64,000 bases of DNA. Origin: Squalus acanthias. Its lineage: Eukaryota. Positions 35,560 through 48,962 of this stretch are shown here, in pieces. Both the position numbers and the translations under genes were made by a program. The notes under the pieces are model-generated. The model saw only the letters and a program-made list of their open reading frames with translations, searched no databases and was not told the DNA's origin. Every line of letters starts with the position of its first letter. Positions within the stretch are counted from its first letter, which is position 1. Location of the stretch: assembly GCA_030390025.1 (NCBI GenBank), contig JASTWF010000365.1, positions 62,001-126,000 on the forward strand, given 5' to 3'.

Positions 35560-38222
35560 GTGCTGTGCATTCTCTGAAATCATTCGTGTGAGCGCTGTGT
35601 GTTCTCTGAAATCAGTAGTGTGAGCGCTGTGTGTTCTGTGAAATCAGTAGTGTGAGCGCTGTGTGTTCTCTGAAATCAGTAGTGTGAGCGCTGTGTGTTC
35701 TCTGAACTTGGGAGTGTGAGCGCTGTGTGTTCTGTGAAATCAGTAGTGTGAGCGCTGTGTGATCTCTGAAATCAGTAGTGTGAGCGCTGTGTGATCTCTG
35801 AAATCAGTAGTGTGAGCGCTGTGTGTTCTCTGAAATCAGTAGTGTGAGCGCTGTGTGATCTCTGAAATCAGTAGTGTGAGCGCTGTGTGTTCGGTGAAAT
35901 CAGTAGTGTGAGCGCTGTGTGTTCGGTGAAATCAGTAGTGTGAGTGCTGTGTGTTCACTGAAATCAGTAGTGTGAGCACTGTGTGTTCACTGAAATCAGT
36001 AGTGTGAGCGCTGTGTGTTCACTGAAATCAGTAGTGTGAGCGCTGTGTGTTCTCTGAAATCAGTAGTGTGAGCGCTGTGTGATCTCTGAAATCAGTAGTG
36101 TGAGCGCTGTGTGTTCACTGAAATCAGTAGTGTGAGCGCTGTGTGTTCTCTGAAATCAGTAGTGTGAGCGCTGTGTGTTCTCTGAAATCAGTAGTGTGAG
36201 CGCTGTGTGTTCACTGAAATCAGTAGTGTGAGCGCTGTGTGTTCACTGAAATCAGTAGTGTGAGCACGGTGTGTTCTGTGAAATCAGTAGTGTGAGCGCT
36301 GTGTGTTCTGTGAAATCAGTAGTGTGAGCACTGTGTGATCTCTGAAATCAGTAGTGTGAGCGCTGTGTGTTCACTGAAATCAGTAGTGTGAGCACTGTGT
36401 AATCTCTGAAATCAGTAGTGTGAGCGCTGTGTGATCTGTGAAATCAGTAGTGTGAGCACGGTGTGTTCTGTGAAATCAGTAGTGTGAGCGCTGTGTGTTC
36501 ACTGAAATCAGTAGTGTGAGCGCTGTGTGTTCACTGAAATCAGTAGTGTGATCTCTGAAATCAGTAGTGTGAGCGCTGTGTGTTCACTGAAATCAGTAGT
36601 GTGAGCACGGTGTGTTCTGTGAAATCAGTAGTGTGAGCACTGTGTGATCTCTGAAATCAGTAGTGTGAGCACTGTGTGTTCTGTGAAATCAGCAGTGTGA
36701 GCACTGTGTGTTCACTGAAATCAGTAGTGTGAGCGCTGTGTGTTCTGTGAAATCAGTAGTGTGAGCACTGTGTGATCTCTGAAATCAGTAGTGTGAGCAC
36801 TGTGTGATCTCTGAAATCAGTAGTGTGAGCACTGTGTGTTCTGTGAAATCAGTAGTGTAAGCACTGTGTGTTCTGTGAAATCAGTAGTGTGAGCGCTGTG
36901 TGATCTCTGAAATCAGTAGTGTGAGCGCTGTGTGTTCGGTGAAATCAGTAGTGTGAGCGCTGTGTGTTCACTGAAATCAGTAGTGTGAGCGCTGTGTGTT
37001 CTGTGAAATCAGTAGTGTGAGCGCTGTGTGTTCTGTGAAATCAGTAGTGTGAGTGCTGTGTGTTCTGTGAAATCAGTAGTGTGAGTGCTGTGTGTTCACT
37101 GAAATCAGTAGTGTGAGCGCTGTGTGTTCACTGAAATCAGTAGTGTGAGCGCTGTGTGTTCTGTGAAATCAGTAGTGTGAGCGCTGTGTGTTTGGTGAAA
37201 TCAGTAGTGTGAGTGCTGTGTGTTCGGTGAAATCAGTAGTGTGAGCGCTGTGTGTTCTGTGAAATCAGTAGTGTGAGCGCTGTGTGTTCTGTGAAATCAG
37301 TAGTGTGAGTGCTGTGTGTTTGGTGAAATCAGTAGTGTGAGTGCTGTGTGTTCTGTGAAATCAGTAGTGTGAGCGCTGTGTGTTTGGTGAAATCAGTAGT
37401 GTGAGTGCTGTGTGTTCGGTGAAATCAGTAGTGTGAGCGCTGTGTGTTCTGTGAAATCAGTAGTGTGAGCGCTGTGTGTTCTGTGAAATCAGTAGTGTGA
37501 GTGCTGTGTGTTTGGTGAAATCAGTAGTGTGAGTGCTGTGTGTTCTGTGAAATCAGTAGTGTGAGCGCTGTGTGTTTGGTGAAATCAGTAGTGTGAGCGC
37601 TGTGTGTTCACTGAAATCAGTAGTGTGAGCGCTGTGTGTTCTCTGAAATCAGTAGCGTGAGCGCTGTGTGTTCGGTGAAATCAGTAGTGTGAGCGCTGTG
37701 TGTTCTGTGAAATCAGTAGTTTGAGCGCTGTGTGTTCTGTGAAATCAGTAGTGTGAGTGCTGTGTGTTCACTGAAATCAGTAGTGTGAGCGCTCTGTGTT
37801 CACTGAAATCAGTAGTGTGAGCGCTGTGTGTTCTGTGAAATCAGTAGTTTGAGCGCTGTGTGTTCTGTGAAATCAGTAGTGTGAGCGCTGTGTGTTCTCT
37901 GAAATCAGTAGTGTGAGCGCTGTGTGTTCTCTGAACTTGGGAGTGTGAGCGCTGTGTGTTCTCTGAAATCAGTAGTGTGAGCGCTGTGTGTTCTGTGAAA
38001 TCAGTAGTGTGAGCGCTGTGTGTTCTGTGAAATCAGTAGTTTGAGCGCTGTGTGTTCACTGATATCAGTAGTGTGAGCGCTGTGTGTTCTGTGAAATCAG
38101 TAGTGTGAGCACTGTGTGTTCACTGAAATCAGTAGTGTGAGCGCTGTGTGTTCTGTGAAATCAGTAGTGTGAGCGCTGTGTGTTCACTGAACTCGGGAGT
38201 GTTCATGCTGTGTGTTCTCTGA
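35560..38222. repeat. Minisatellite B array
   Basis: Tandem 32-bp B units. Confidence 0.97.
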
Positions 38223-38286
38223 CCTTGGTAATGGGTTTAATATCTCTCCTGCACTGGGAAACAGGGACACTGTTTAACGTTCCACC

Positions 38287-39118
38287 TTGAACAGGGAGAC
38301 AGGGCCTCAGTTTAACATCCCAGTGAACAGGGAGACGGGGCCTCGGTTTAACATCCCTCTGAACAGGGAGACGGGGCCTCGGTTTAACATCCCCCCTGAA
38401 CAGGGAGACGGGGCCTCGGTTTAACATCCCCTTAACTGGGAGATGGGGCCTTGGTTTAACATCCCCCCTGAACAGGGAGACGGGGCCTCGGTTTAACATC
38501 CCCCCTGAACAGGGAGACAGAGCCTTGGTTTAACATCCGCTGAACAGGGAGACGGGGCCTCGGTTTAACATCCCCTGAAGAGGGAGATGGGGCCTTGGTT
38601 TAACAGCCCTCTGAACAGGGAGACGGGGCCACGGTTTAACTTCCACCCTGAACAGGGAGACGGGGCCTCGGTTTAACATTCCCTGAACAGGGAGACGGGG
38701 CCTCGGTTTAACATCCCCTGAAGAGGGAGATGGGGCCTTGGTTTAACAGCCCTCTAAACAGGGAGACGGGGCCACGGTTTAACATCCCCCCTGAACAGGG
38801 AGACGGGGCCACGGTTTAACATCCCCCCTGAGCAGGGAGACGGGGCCTCGGTTTAACATCCCCCCTGAACAGGGAGACAGGGCCTCGGTTTAACATCCCC
38901 CTGAACAGGGAGACCTGAACAGGGAGACGGGGCCTCGGTTTAACATCCCCCCTGAACAGGGAGACGGGGCCTCGGTTTAACATCCGCCCTGAACAGGGAG
39001 ACGGGTCCTCGGTTTAACATCCCCCCTGAACAGGGAGACGGGGCCTCGGTTTAACATCCCCCCTGAACAGGGAGACGGGGCCTCGGTTTAACATCCCCCC
39101 TGAACAGGGAGACGGGGC
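38287..39118. repeat. Minisatellite C array
   Basis: Paralogue of 11210-11992. Confidence 0.92.
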
Positions 39119-39211
39119 AACTTCATCGCTTCTCATTAACCCCAAAACCTCCTCCCACTCTCCTAAACCACTTCACTTCCACTCTCCTGAAAGCCTTCTC
39201 ATGTGTCTCTA

Positions 39212-39470
39212 ACTTTCTGTATCTGTATCTCTCTCTCTCTATTCTGCATCTCTCTCTCTCTCTATCTCTCTTTCTATTCTGTATCTCTCTTCCTATCTCT
39301 CTCTCTATTCTGTATCTCTCTCTGTCTATCTCTCTCTATTCTGTATCTCTCTCTATCTCTCTTTCTATTCTGTATCTCTCTCTCTCTCTATCTCTCTTTC
39401 TCTTCTGTATCTCTCTCTATTCTTTATCTCTCTCTCTCTCTATTCTGTTTCTGTCTCTCTCTCTCTCTGT
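39212..39470. repeat. TC-rich microsatellite
   Basis: Paralogue of 12088-12342. Confidence 0.93.
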
Positions 39471-39869
39471 ACATTGCAAAATCCAAAACGAGATTTAAAT
39501 TCAACAACTTATTGGCAAACCGGCTGGAAATAATCAACAAGGGTGGATTCATTCTTCACAGAGGAGGAACAAGAACAACACTTGACCAGAAATGTGGATT
39601 TCGAAAGAGCCAACATTCTTCCCGTTCGTCTCGAAAGAGGATGAACCACAAATCTCAAACAGAATATAGGTAGTTCCCCCGCAGATCCAAATCCAGACTC
39701 TCCTATTTCCTTGTTTCCTTATCAAGGTGGCTTTGGTCAATCATCAATACTTTCCATTCCATTTTGATGACAATTAATTAGTGCTTAATTGGTATTCTAC
39801 GGCGAGTGTCTCACCTCCTGACTCCCCAAAGCCTTTCCACCATCTACAAGGTACAAGTCAGGAGTGTGA

Positions 39870-41433
39870 TAAGAACATAAGAACATAAGAAATAGGAGCA
39901 GGAGTTGGCCATTTGGCCCCTCGAGCCTGCTCCACCATTCAATACGATCATGGCTGATCTGATCTTGGCCTCAACTCCACTTTCCTGCCCGCTCCCCATA
40001 ACCCTTGACACCCTTATCATTCAAAAATCTGTCAATCTCCACCTTAAATATATTCAATGACCCAGCCTCGACAGCTCTCTGGGGCAGAGAATTCCACAGA
40101 TCTATGACCCTCTGAGAGAAGAAATTCCTCCTCATCTCCGTTTTAAATGGACGACCCCTTATTCTGAAACTATGCCCCCTAGTTCTAGATTCCCCCATGA
40201 GGGGAAACATCTTCTCTGCATCTACCTTGTCGAGCCCCCTCAGTATCTTATATGTTTCAATAAGATCACCTCTCATTCTTCTAAACTCCAATGAGTATAG
40301 GCCCAGTCTGCTCAACCTTTCCTCATAAGTCAAACCCCTCATCTCTGGAATTAACCTAGTGAATCGTCTCTGAACTGCCTCCAATGCAAGTATATCCCTC
40401 CTTAAATAAGGAGGCCAAAACTGTATGCAGTACTCCAGGTATGGTCTCACCAATACCCTGTACAGTTGTAGCAGGACTTCCCTGCTTTTATACTCCAACC
40501 CCCTTGAAATAAAGGCCAACATTCCATTTGCCTTCCTGATTACTTGCTGTACCTACATGCTAACTTTTTGTGTTACATGTACAAGGACCCCCAGGTCCCT
40601 CTGAACTGCAGCATTTTGTAATCTCTCTCCATTTAAATAATAATTTGCTTTTTTATTTTTCTTACCAAAGTGTATAACCTCGTACTTTCCCACATTATGC
40701 TCCATCTGCCAAATGTTTGCCCACTCACTTAGCCTGTCTATGTCCCTTTGCAGATTCTTTGTGTCCTCTTCACAACTTGCTTTCCCACCCATCTTTGTAT
40801 CATCCGCAAACTTGGCTACATTACACTCAGTCCCTTCATCCAAGTCATTAATATAGATTGTAAATAGTTGAGGCCCCAGCACTGATCCCTGTGGCACCCC
40901 ACTAGTTACCGTTTGCCAACCGGAAAATGACCCATTTATCCCAACTCTCTGTTTTCTGTTAGTTAGCCAATCCTCTATCCATGCTAATATATTACCCCCA
41001 ACTCCATGAGCTCTTATCTTGTGCAGTAACCTTTTATGTGGCACCGTATCGAATGCCTTCTGGAAATCCAAATACACGACATCTACTGGTTCCCCTTTAT
41101 CCACCCTGCTCGTTACATCCTCAACTCTTCCTCGAGGCTACCTTGGCCAATTTGATTTGTCCAATCAATATGAAGATTAAAATCGCCCATGATTATTGCT
41201 GTACCTTTCTCACAAGCCTCCATTATTTCTTGATTTATACTCTGTCCAACAGTGAAGCTACTGTTAGGGGGCCTATAAACTACACCCACCAGTGACTTCT
41301 TTCCCTTATTAGTTCTTATCTCCACCCAAACTGATTCTACATCTTGCTCTTCTGAACCAGTATCATTCCTCACTACTGCACTGATCTCATCCTTTATTAA
41401 CAGAGCTACCCCACCTCCTTTTCCTTTCTATCC
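39870..41433 (-). mobile_element. Internally deleted CR1 LINE, copy 2
   Basis: Same EN/RT fusion and the same premature stop (40553-40555) as 12742-14305. Confidence 0.95.
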
Positions 41434-41457
41434 TTCCAAAATGTCAAATGTCAAACT

Positions 41458-43988
41458 ATCTGTGTGTATCTCTCTTTCTGTATCTGTCTCTCTCTCTCTC
41501 TTTCGGTATCCGTCTCTCTCTCTCTCTTTCTGTATCTGTCTCTCTCTCTCTTTCTGTATCTGTCTCTCTCTCTCTTTCTGTATCTGTCTCTCTCTCTCTT
41601 TCTGTATCTGTCTCTCTCTCTCTTTCTGTATCTGTCTCTCTTTCTGTATCTGTCTCTCTCTCTCTCTTTCTGTATCTGTCTCTCTCTCTTTCTGTCTCTC
41701 TCTTTCTGTATCTGTCTCTCTCTTTCTGTATCTGTCTCTCTCTCTCTGTATATGTCTCTCGCTCTTTCTGTATCTGTCTCTCTGTATCTGTCTCTCTCTT
41801 TCTGTATCTGTCTCTCTGTATCTGTCTCTCTCTTTCTGTATCTGTCTCTCTCTCTCTCTTTCTGTATCTGTCTCTCTCTCTTTCTGTCTCTCTCTTTCTG
41901 TATCTGTCTCTCTCTTTCTGTATCTGTCTCTCTCTGTATATGTCTCTCGCTCTTTCTGTATCTGTCTCTCTGTATCTGTCTCTCTCTTTCTGTATCTGTC
42001 TCTCTGTATCTGTCTCTCTCTTTCTGTATCTCTCTCTCTCTCTCTTTCTGTATGTGTCTTTCTCTTTCTGTATCTGTCTCTCTTTCTGTGTCTCTCTCTC
42101 TTTCTGTCTCTCTCTCTGCATCTGTCTCTCTTTCTGTATCTGTCTCTCTCTCTTTCTGTATCTGTCTCTCTCTCTTTCTGTATCTGTCTCTCTCTCTTTC
42201 TGTATCTGTCTCTCTCTCTTTCTGTATCTGTCTCTCTCTCTCTCTTTCTGTATCTGTCTCTCTCTCTTTCTGTCTCTCTCTCGTTCTGTATCTGTCTCTC
42301 TCTCTTTCTGTATCTGTCTCTCTCTTTCTGTATCTGTCTCTCTCTCCTTCTGTATCTGTCTCTCTCTCTCTTTCTGTATCTGTCTCTCTTTCTGTCTCTC
42401 TCTCTTTCTGTATCTGTCTCTCTCTTTCTGTTTCTGTCTCTCTCTCTTTCTGTATCTGTTTCTCTCTTTCTGTATCTCTCTCTCTTTCTGTATCTCTCTC
42501 TCTTTCTGTATCTGTCTCTCTCTCTTTCTGTATCTGTGTCTCTCTCTCTTTCTGTATCTGTCTCTCTCTTTCTGTATCTCTCTCTCTCTTTCTGTATCTG
42601 TCTCTCTCTCTTTCTGTATCTGTCTCTCTCTCTCTCTTTCTGTATCTGTCTCTCTCTCTTTCTGTATCTGTCTCTCTCTCTTTCTGTATCTGTCTCTCTC
42701 TCTTTCTGTATCTGTATCTGTCTCTCTTTCTGTATCTGTTTCTCTCTCTCTCTTTCTGTATCTATCTCTCTCTCTCTCTTTCTGTATCTGTCTCTCTCTC
42801 TCTTTCTGTATCTGTGTCTCTCTCTCTCTTTCTGTATCTGTATCTCTCTCTCTCTTTCTGTATCTGTCTTTCTCTCTTTCTGTATCTGTCTCTCTTTCTG
42901 TATCTGTATCTGTCTCTCTTTCTGTATCTGTCTCTCTCTCTCTCTTTCTGTATCTGTCTCTCTCTCTCTTTCTGTATCTGTCTCTCTCTCTCTCTTTCTG
43001 TATCTGTCGCTCTCTCTCTTTCTGTATCTGTATCTGTCTCTCTTTCTGTATCTGTCTCTCTCTCTTCTTCTCTCTCTCTCTTCTGTATCTCTCTCTCTCT
43101 CTCTTTCTGGGTCTGTCTCTCTCTCTCTTTCTGTATCTGTGTCTCTCTCTCTCTTTCTGTATCTGTCTCTCTCTCTTTCTGTATCTGTCTCTCTCTTTTT
43201 CTGTATCTGTCTCTCTCTTTTTGTATCTGTCTCTCTCTCTTTCTCTATCTGTGTCTCTCTCTTTCTGTATCTGTGTCTCTCTCTCTTTCTGTATCTGTCT
43301 CTCTCTCTCTTTCTGTATCTCTCTCTCTCTCTCTTTCTGGGTCTGTCTCTCACTTTCTTTCTGTATCTCTCTCTCTCTTTCTGTATCTGTCTCTCTCTCT
43401 CTTTCTGTATCTGTCTCTCTTTCTCTTTCTGTATCTGTGTCTCTCTCTCTCTTTCTGTATCTGTCTCTCTCTCTCTTTCTGTATCTGTCTCTCTCTCTCT
43501 TTCTGTATCTGTGTCTCTCTCTCTCTTTCTCTGTCTGTCTGTCTCTCTTTCTGTATCTGTCTCTCTCACTTTCTGTATCTCTCTCTTTCTGTATCTCTCT
43601 CTTTCTGTATCTCTCTCTCTCTCTCTATCTGTGTCTCTCTCTCTTTCTGTATCTGTCTCTCTTTCTCTCTCTGTATCTGTTTCTCTCTCTCTTTCTGTAT
43701 CTGTCTCTCTTTCTGTATCTGTGTCTCTCTCTCTTTCTGTATCTGTGTCTCTCTCTCTTTCTGTATCTGTCTCTCTTTCTGTATCTGTGTCTCTCTCTTT
43801 CTGTATCTGTGTCTCTCTCTTTCTGTATCTGTCTCTCTCTCTTTCTGTATCTGTCTCTCTCTCTTTCTGTATCTGTCTCTCTCTCTCTTTCTGTATCTGT
43901 CTCTCTTTCTGTATCTGAGTGTCTCTCTCTCTGTATCTGTGTCTCTCTCTTTCTGTATCTGTGTCTCTCTCTCTGTTTATTCTGTATC
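41458..43988. repeat. Long compound TC microsatellite, copy 2
   Basis: Paralogue of 14330-16987. Confidence 0.97.
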
Positions 43989-44405
43989 ATTGGCTGTCAA
44001 GCGCTTTGGGACATCCTGAAGTCATGAAACGCGCTGTAATAATGCAAATCAATGTTTTTATTAAATAAAAGAGAGAGAGTTCATCTTGGTTTAAAGCAGA
44101 TGGGGTCACAGCAGATTAATAGACACTAAACCGCAAGAGGCATTAGCTTGAACAGATTAAAGCCGCGTCACTACACTGGAAGCAAATGTTTATGGCCCCG
44201 ATCGCCGAGGTTACAATCCGAATGTCTTTCATTCGCCAACTCGTGAAAGCTGTCGCCTCAAATCCACAGCAAGTGGCAGAGAAAACGATTGTCCCATCGC
44301 AGTCACATCCCGCTCGAGAGATACCGATATACAGAGAGAAACTTCCCCGCAGTTGGCAATCAGGGTCAACACTGGAGGGGCAGGAGCGTCAGCCAATGCC
44401 AGCCC

Positions 44406-44891
44406 TGGGGAGCAGGAGCCTCAGTCACCAGGACACCACCAGGGGGAGAAGGAGCCTCAGTCACCAGGACACCACCAGGGGGAGCAGGAGCCTCAGTCAC
44501 CAGGACACCACCAGGGGGAGAAGGAGCCTCAGTCACCAGGACACCACCATGGGAGCAGGAGCCTCAGTCACCAGGACACCACCAGGGGGAGAAGGAGCCA
44601 CAGTCACCAGGACACCACCAGGAGAGCAGGAGCCTCAGTCAGAGTGACCACCAGGGGGAGCAGGAGCCTCAGTCACCAGGACACCACCAGGGAAGGAGGA
44701 GCCTCAGTCAGAGTGACCACCAGGGGGAGCAGGAGCCTCAGTCAGAGTGACCACCAGGGGGAGCAGGATCCTCAGTCAGAGTGACCACCAGGGGGAGCCG
44801 GAGCCTCAGTCAGAGTGACCACCAGGGGGAGCAGGATCCTCAGTCAGAGTGACCACCAGGGGGAGCAGGAGAATCAGTCACCAGGACACCC
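44406..44891 (+). repeat. Minisatellite D (CTCF-like motif array), copy 2
   Basis: As 17405-17822 with two extra units. Confidence 0.9.
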
Positions 44892-44926
44892 GATGCTCTG
44901 GAAAACCTGGTTCATCCCGAAGGTAA

Positions 44927-44949
44927 TCACAAGGGACCGGAGTCTGTAT
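44927..44949 (-). CDS. Candidate terminal coding exon copy 2: DTDSGPL*
   Basis: Identical to 17858-17880 including the acceptor. Confidence 0.55.
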
Positions 44950-44993
44950 CTGGAGGAGGGAAAGACAGGAATTGAGATGCATCAGTTTCACAT

Positions 44994-45290
44994 CAACTTG
45001 CATTTATCTCGCGTCTTGGAGCGTAAATCGGACAAAAATTTGAGACCGAGATATTAGGGCAGGTGACCAAAAGCTTGGTCAAAGAGGTCGGTTTTAAGGA
45101 GGGTCTTCAAGGAGGAGAGAGACGGAGAGGTTTAGGGAGGGAATTCCAGAGCTCGGGGCCCAGGCAGCTGAAGGCACGGCCGCCAATGGTGGAGCGATGG
45201 AAATCGGGGGATGCGCAAGAGGCCAGAATTGGAGGACCGCAGAGATCTCGGGGGGGTTTTAGGGCTGGAGGAGGTTCCAGAGATCGGGAT
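44994..45290 (-). mobile_element. L2 LINE 3' fragment, copy 2
   Basis: Paralogue of 17925-18222. Confidence 0.8.
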
Positions 45291-45481
45291 TCTGGTCAGA
45301 CTGCACATGGAGAACTGGGGAGTTGGATATATTACTGAAAGGGGTAAATTTGCAGATCAGGGGGAGTGGGACTGATTGGATCTACTCTTCCAAAAGGGCT
45401 GGCACAGGCACGATGGGGCGAGTGGCCTCCTTCTGTGCTGTCTGATTCTATGAGTCCAAGTTGAAAGTCCACCATACTGAC

Positions 45482-45571
45482 CTCTTTTGCAGTTGAACCA
45501 ATATATCAGCAACAATATCAGGACTCCGGCTCTGAGTCCAACTACTGTTCCCACGATACATCCAACGCTGG
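45482..45571 (-). CDS. Candidate transmembrane exon copy 2
   Basis: Identical to 18414-18503 with intact splice sites. Confidence 0.7.
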
Positions 45572-45709
45572 CTGCAGGAGGAATCAGAACAAAGATTGAA
45601 AAATAACAATACTGAGGAGAGCTGCTCCGTTCCGTGATGCTGAACACAGGTCAGAGGTCAGTGTAGGCCGGGCCCTGTCCTCTCTGCAACCAGATTCACC
45701 CCCTTTTAA

Positions 45710-46460
45710 ACAGGAACACAGGAACAGGAGGAGCCCATTCAGCCCCTCAGGCCTGTTACACAGGAACAGGAGGAGGCCCATTCAGCCCCTCGAGACTGTT
45801 ACACAGGAACAGGAGGAGGCCCATTCAGCCCCTCGAGCCTGTTACACAGGAACAGGAGGAGGCCATTCAGCCCCTCGGGCCTATTACACAGGAACAGGAG
45901 GAGGCCCATTCAGCCCCTCGGGCCTGTTACATAGGAACAGGAGGAGGCCCATTCAGCCCCTCGAGCCTGTTACACAGGAACTGGAGGAGGCCCATTCAGC
46001 CCCTCGAGCCTGTTACACAGGAACAAGAGGAGGCCATTCAGCCCCTCGAGCCTGTTATACAGGAACAGGAGGAGGCCCATTCAGCCCCTCGTGCCTGTTA
46101 CACAGGAACAGGAGGAGGCCATTCAGCCCCACGAACTTGTTACACAGGAACAGGAGGAGGCCATTCAGCCCCTCGAGCCTGTTGCAGAGGGACAGGAGGA
46201 GGCCATTAAGCCCCTCGAGCCTGTTGCATAGGAACAGGAGGAGGCCGTTCAGTCCCTTAGCTTGTAACATAGGAACAGGAGGAGCCCGGTCAGTCCTCGA
46301 ACATGATAGAAACAGGAGGAGGCCATTCAGCCCCTCGAGCCTGTTACACAGGAACCAGAGACCATTCAGCCCCTCAGTCTTGTTATATAGGAACAGGAGG
46401 AGGCCGTTCAGCCCCTCGGGCCTCTTATATAGGAATAAGGAGGATGCCATTCACCCCCAT
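45710..46460 (-). repeat. Minisatellite E, reverse orientation
   Basis: Paralogue of 18642-19390. Confidence 0.93.
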
Positions 46461-46466
46461 GGGTCT

Positions 46467-46877
46467 GTTATATAGGAAAAGATTAGCAAAAGTAAATGTG
46501 GGTTCCTTACAGGCTGAGACAGGAGAAATTATAATGGGGAATAAGGAAATGGCAGAGAAACGAAACAAATACTTTGTGTCTGTCTTTACGGAAGAAGACG
46601 CAAAAAAGTTACCCGGAAATAGTGGAGAACCAAGGCTCTAGCGAGAATGAGAAAATTAAATACATTAATATTAGTAAAAAAATAGTACTGGTGAAATTAA
46701 TGGTACTGAAAGCTGATAAATCTCCTGGACTTGATGGCCTACATTTGAAAGAGGTGGCTATAGAGATAGTGGACGCATTGGTTGTCATTTTCCAAAATTC
46801 CAAAGATTCCAGAACAGTTCCTGCAGATTGGAAGGTGGCAAATGTAACCCCAGTATTTAAGAAATGAGGGAGAGAAA
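46467..46877 (+). mobile_element. CR1 internal fragment truncated at an inversion breakpoint, copy 2
   Basis: Paralogue of 19398-19808. Confidence 0.9.
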
Positions 46878-48696
46878 TGGCCTTCTCCTGTTCCTATGTA
46901 ACAGGCTCGAGGAGCTGAACGGCCTCCTCCTGTTCCTATGTTACAGACCCGAGGGGCTGAATGGGCCGCCTCCTGTTCCTGTGTAACAGACCCGAGGGGC
47001 TGAATGGGCCTCCTCCTGTTCCTGTGTAACAGGCTCGAGGGGCTGAATGGCCGCCTCCTGTTCCTGTGTAACAGACCCGAGGCGCTGAATGGGCCTCCTC
47101 CTGTTCCTGTGTAACAGGCTCAGGGGCTGAATGGGCCTCTTCCTGTTCCTGTGTAACAGGCTCGAGGGGCTGAATGGCCGCCTCCTGTTCCTGTGTAACA
47201 GGCTCGAGGGGCTGAATGGCCGCCTCCTGTTCCTGTGTAACAGGCTCGAGGGGCTGAATGGCCTCCTCCTGTTCCTATGTTACAGACCCGAGGGGCTGAA
47301 TGGGCCGCCTCCTGTTCCTGTGTAACAGACCCGAGGGGCTGAATGGGCCTCCTCCTGTTCCTGTGTAACAGGCTCGAGGGGCTGAATGGGCCTCCTCCTG
47401 TTCCTGTGTAACAGGCTCGAGGGGCTGAATGGCTGCCTCCTGTTCCTGTGTAACAGGCTCGAGGGGCTGAATGGGCCTCCTCCTGTTCCTGTGTAACAGG
47501 CTCGAGGGGCTGAATAGGGCCTCCTCCTGTTCCTGTGTAACAGGCTCGAGGGGCTGAATGGGCCTCCTCCTGTTCCTATGTAACAGGCTCGAGGTGGCTG
47601 AATGGGCCGCCTCCTGTTCCTGTGTAACAGACCCGAGGGGCTGAATGGGCCTCCTCCTGTTCCTGTGTAATAGGCTCGAGGGGCTGAATGGGCCTCCTCC
47701 TGTTCCTATGTAACAGGCTCGAGGGGCTGAATGGGCCTCCTCCTGTTCCTGTGTAACAGGCTCGAGGTGCTGCAAGGCCTCCTCCTGTTCTTGTGTAACA
47801 GGCTCGAGGGGCTGAATGGGCCTCCTCCTGTTCCTATGTAACAGGCTCGAGGGGCTGAACGGTCCTCCTCCTGTTCCTGTGTAACAGGCTCGACGGGCTG
47901 AATGGGCCTCCTCCTGTTCCTATGTAACAGGCTCGAGGGGCTGAATGGGCCTCCTCCTGTTCCTATGTAACAGTCTCTTGGAGGCTGAATTCCCTCCTCT
48001 TGTTTCTATGTAACAGTCTCGAGGGGTTGAATGGCCTCCTCCTGTTCCTGTGTAACAGGCTCGAGGGGCTGAGTGGCCTCCTCCGGTTCCTGTGTAACAG
48101 GTTCGAGGGGCTGAATGGCCTCCTCCTGTTCCTGTGTACCTGGCCCGAGGGGCTGAATGGGCCTCCTCCTGTTCCTGCGTAACAGGCCCGAGGGGCCGAA
48201 TGGCCTCCTCCTGTTCCTGTGTAACAGGCTCGAGAGGCTGAATGGGCCTCCTCCTATTCCTGTGTAACAGCCTCGAGGGGCTGAATGGCCTCCTCCTGTT
48301 CCTGTGTAACGGCTCGAGGGGGCTGAATGGGCTTCCTCCTGTTGCTATGTAACAGGCTCAAGGGGGCTGAATGGGCTCCTCCTGTTCCTGTGTAACAGGC
48401 TCGAGGGGCTGAATGGCCTCCTCCTGTTCCTGTGTAACAGGCTCGAGGGGGCTGAATGGGCCTCCTCCTGTTCCTGTGTAACAGGCTCGAGGGGTTGAAT
48501 GGGCCTCCTCCTGTTCCTGTGTAACAGGCTCGAGGGGTTGAATGGGCCTCCTCCTGTTCCTGTGTAACAGGCTCGAGGGGCTGAATGATCCTCCTCCTGT
48601 TCCTGTGTAACAGGCTCGAGGGGCTGAATGGGCCTCCTCCTGTTCCTGTGTAACAGGCTCGAGGGGCTGAATGGGCCTCCTCCTGTTCCTGTGTAA
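46878..48696 (+). repeat. Minisatellite E array, forward orientation
   Basis: About 43 tandem ~42-bp units. Confidence 0.95.
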
Positions 48697-48807
48697 ATTG
48701 GTGGAATGAATCCCAGGAAGATTATTAAGTCAGGAGCACGGAATTTCTAGCCTTTGGTTTAATGATCACTTCATTTCTCCTCTGTTTCATTGAATTTGGT
48801 GAATCAG

Positions 48808-48870
48808 GAGACAGAACGAGCAGCACAGTGACGCCAGGGACCAGTACTCAAAGGCCGACTGATAACGGGG
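48808..48870 (+). CDS. Candidate mucin-like stalk exon (63 nt, phase 1-1): (G)DRTSSTVTPGTSTQRPTDNG
   Basis: Pyrimidine tract tttctcctctgtttc..tcag acceptor; donor GG|gtagga; length a multiple of 3; S/T/P-rich translation. Confidence 0.6.
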
Positions 48871-48962
48871 GTAGGAATCGCATCTCGTTTTATTCCCAAA
48901 ACAACTACACCAAATGCCCAATGACTGGGATCTGTGTCCCCGTAACAGGCCTCCTCCTGTTA

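Larger units (their letters stand above)
20216..47250 (+). repeat. Second copy of a ~27-kb direct segmental duplication (first copy <=1-20215)
   Basis: Same element order and near-identical unique sequence (4709/32371, 7699/35045, 12742/39870, 18414/45482); the right boundary lies within an E array and is approximate. Confidence 0.93.

Noticed and set aside
1..38222. 32-bp periodicity suggesting a CRISPR array
   Set aside because: No unique spacers and no cas genes; eukaryotic LINE context.
48824..48830. Perfect heptamer CACAGTG inside the stalk exon
   Set aside because: No nonamer at 12 or 23 nt.
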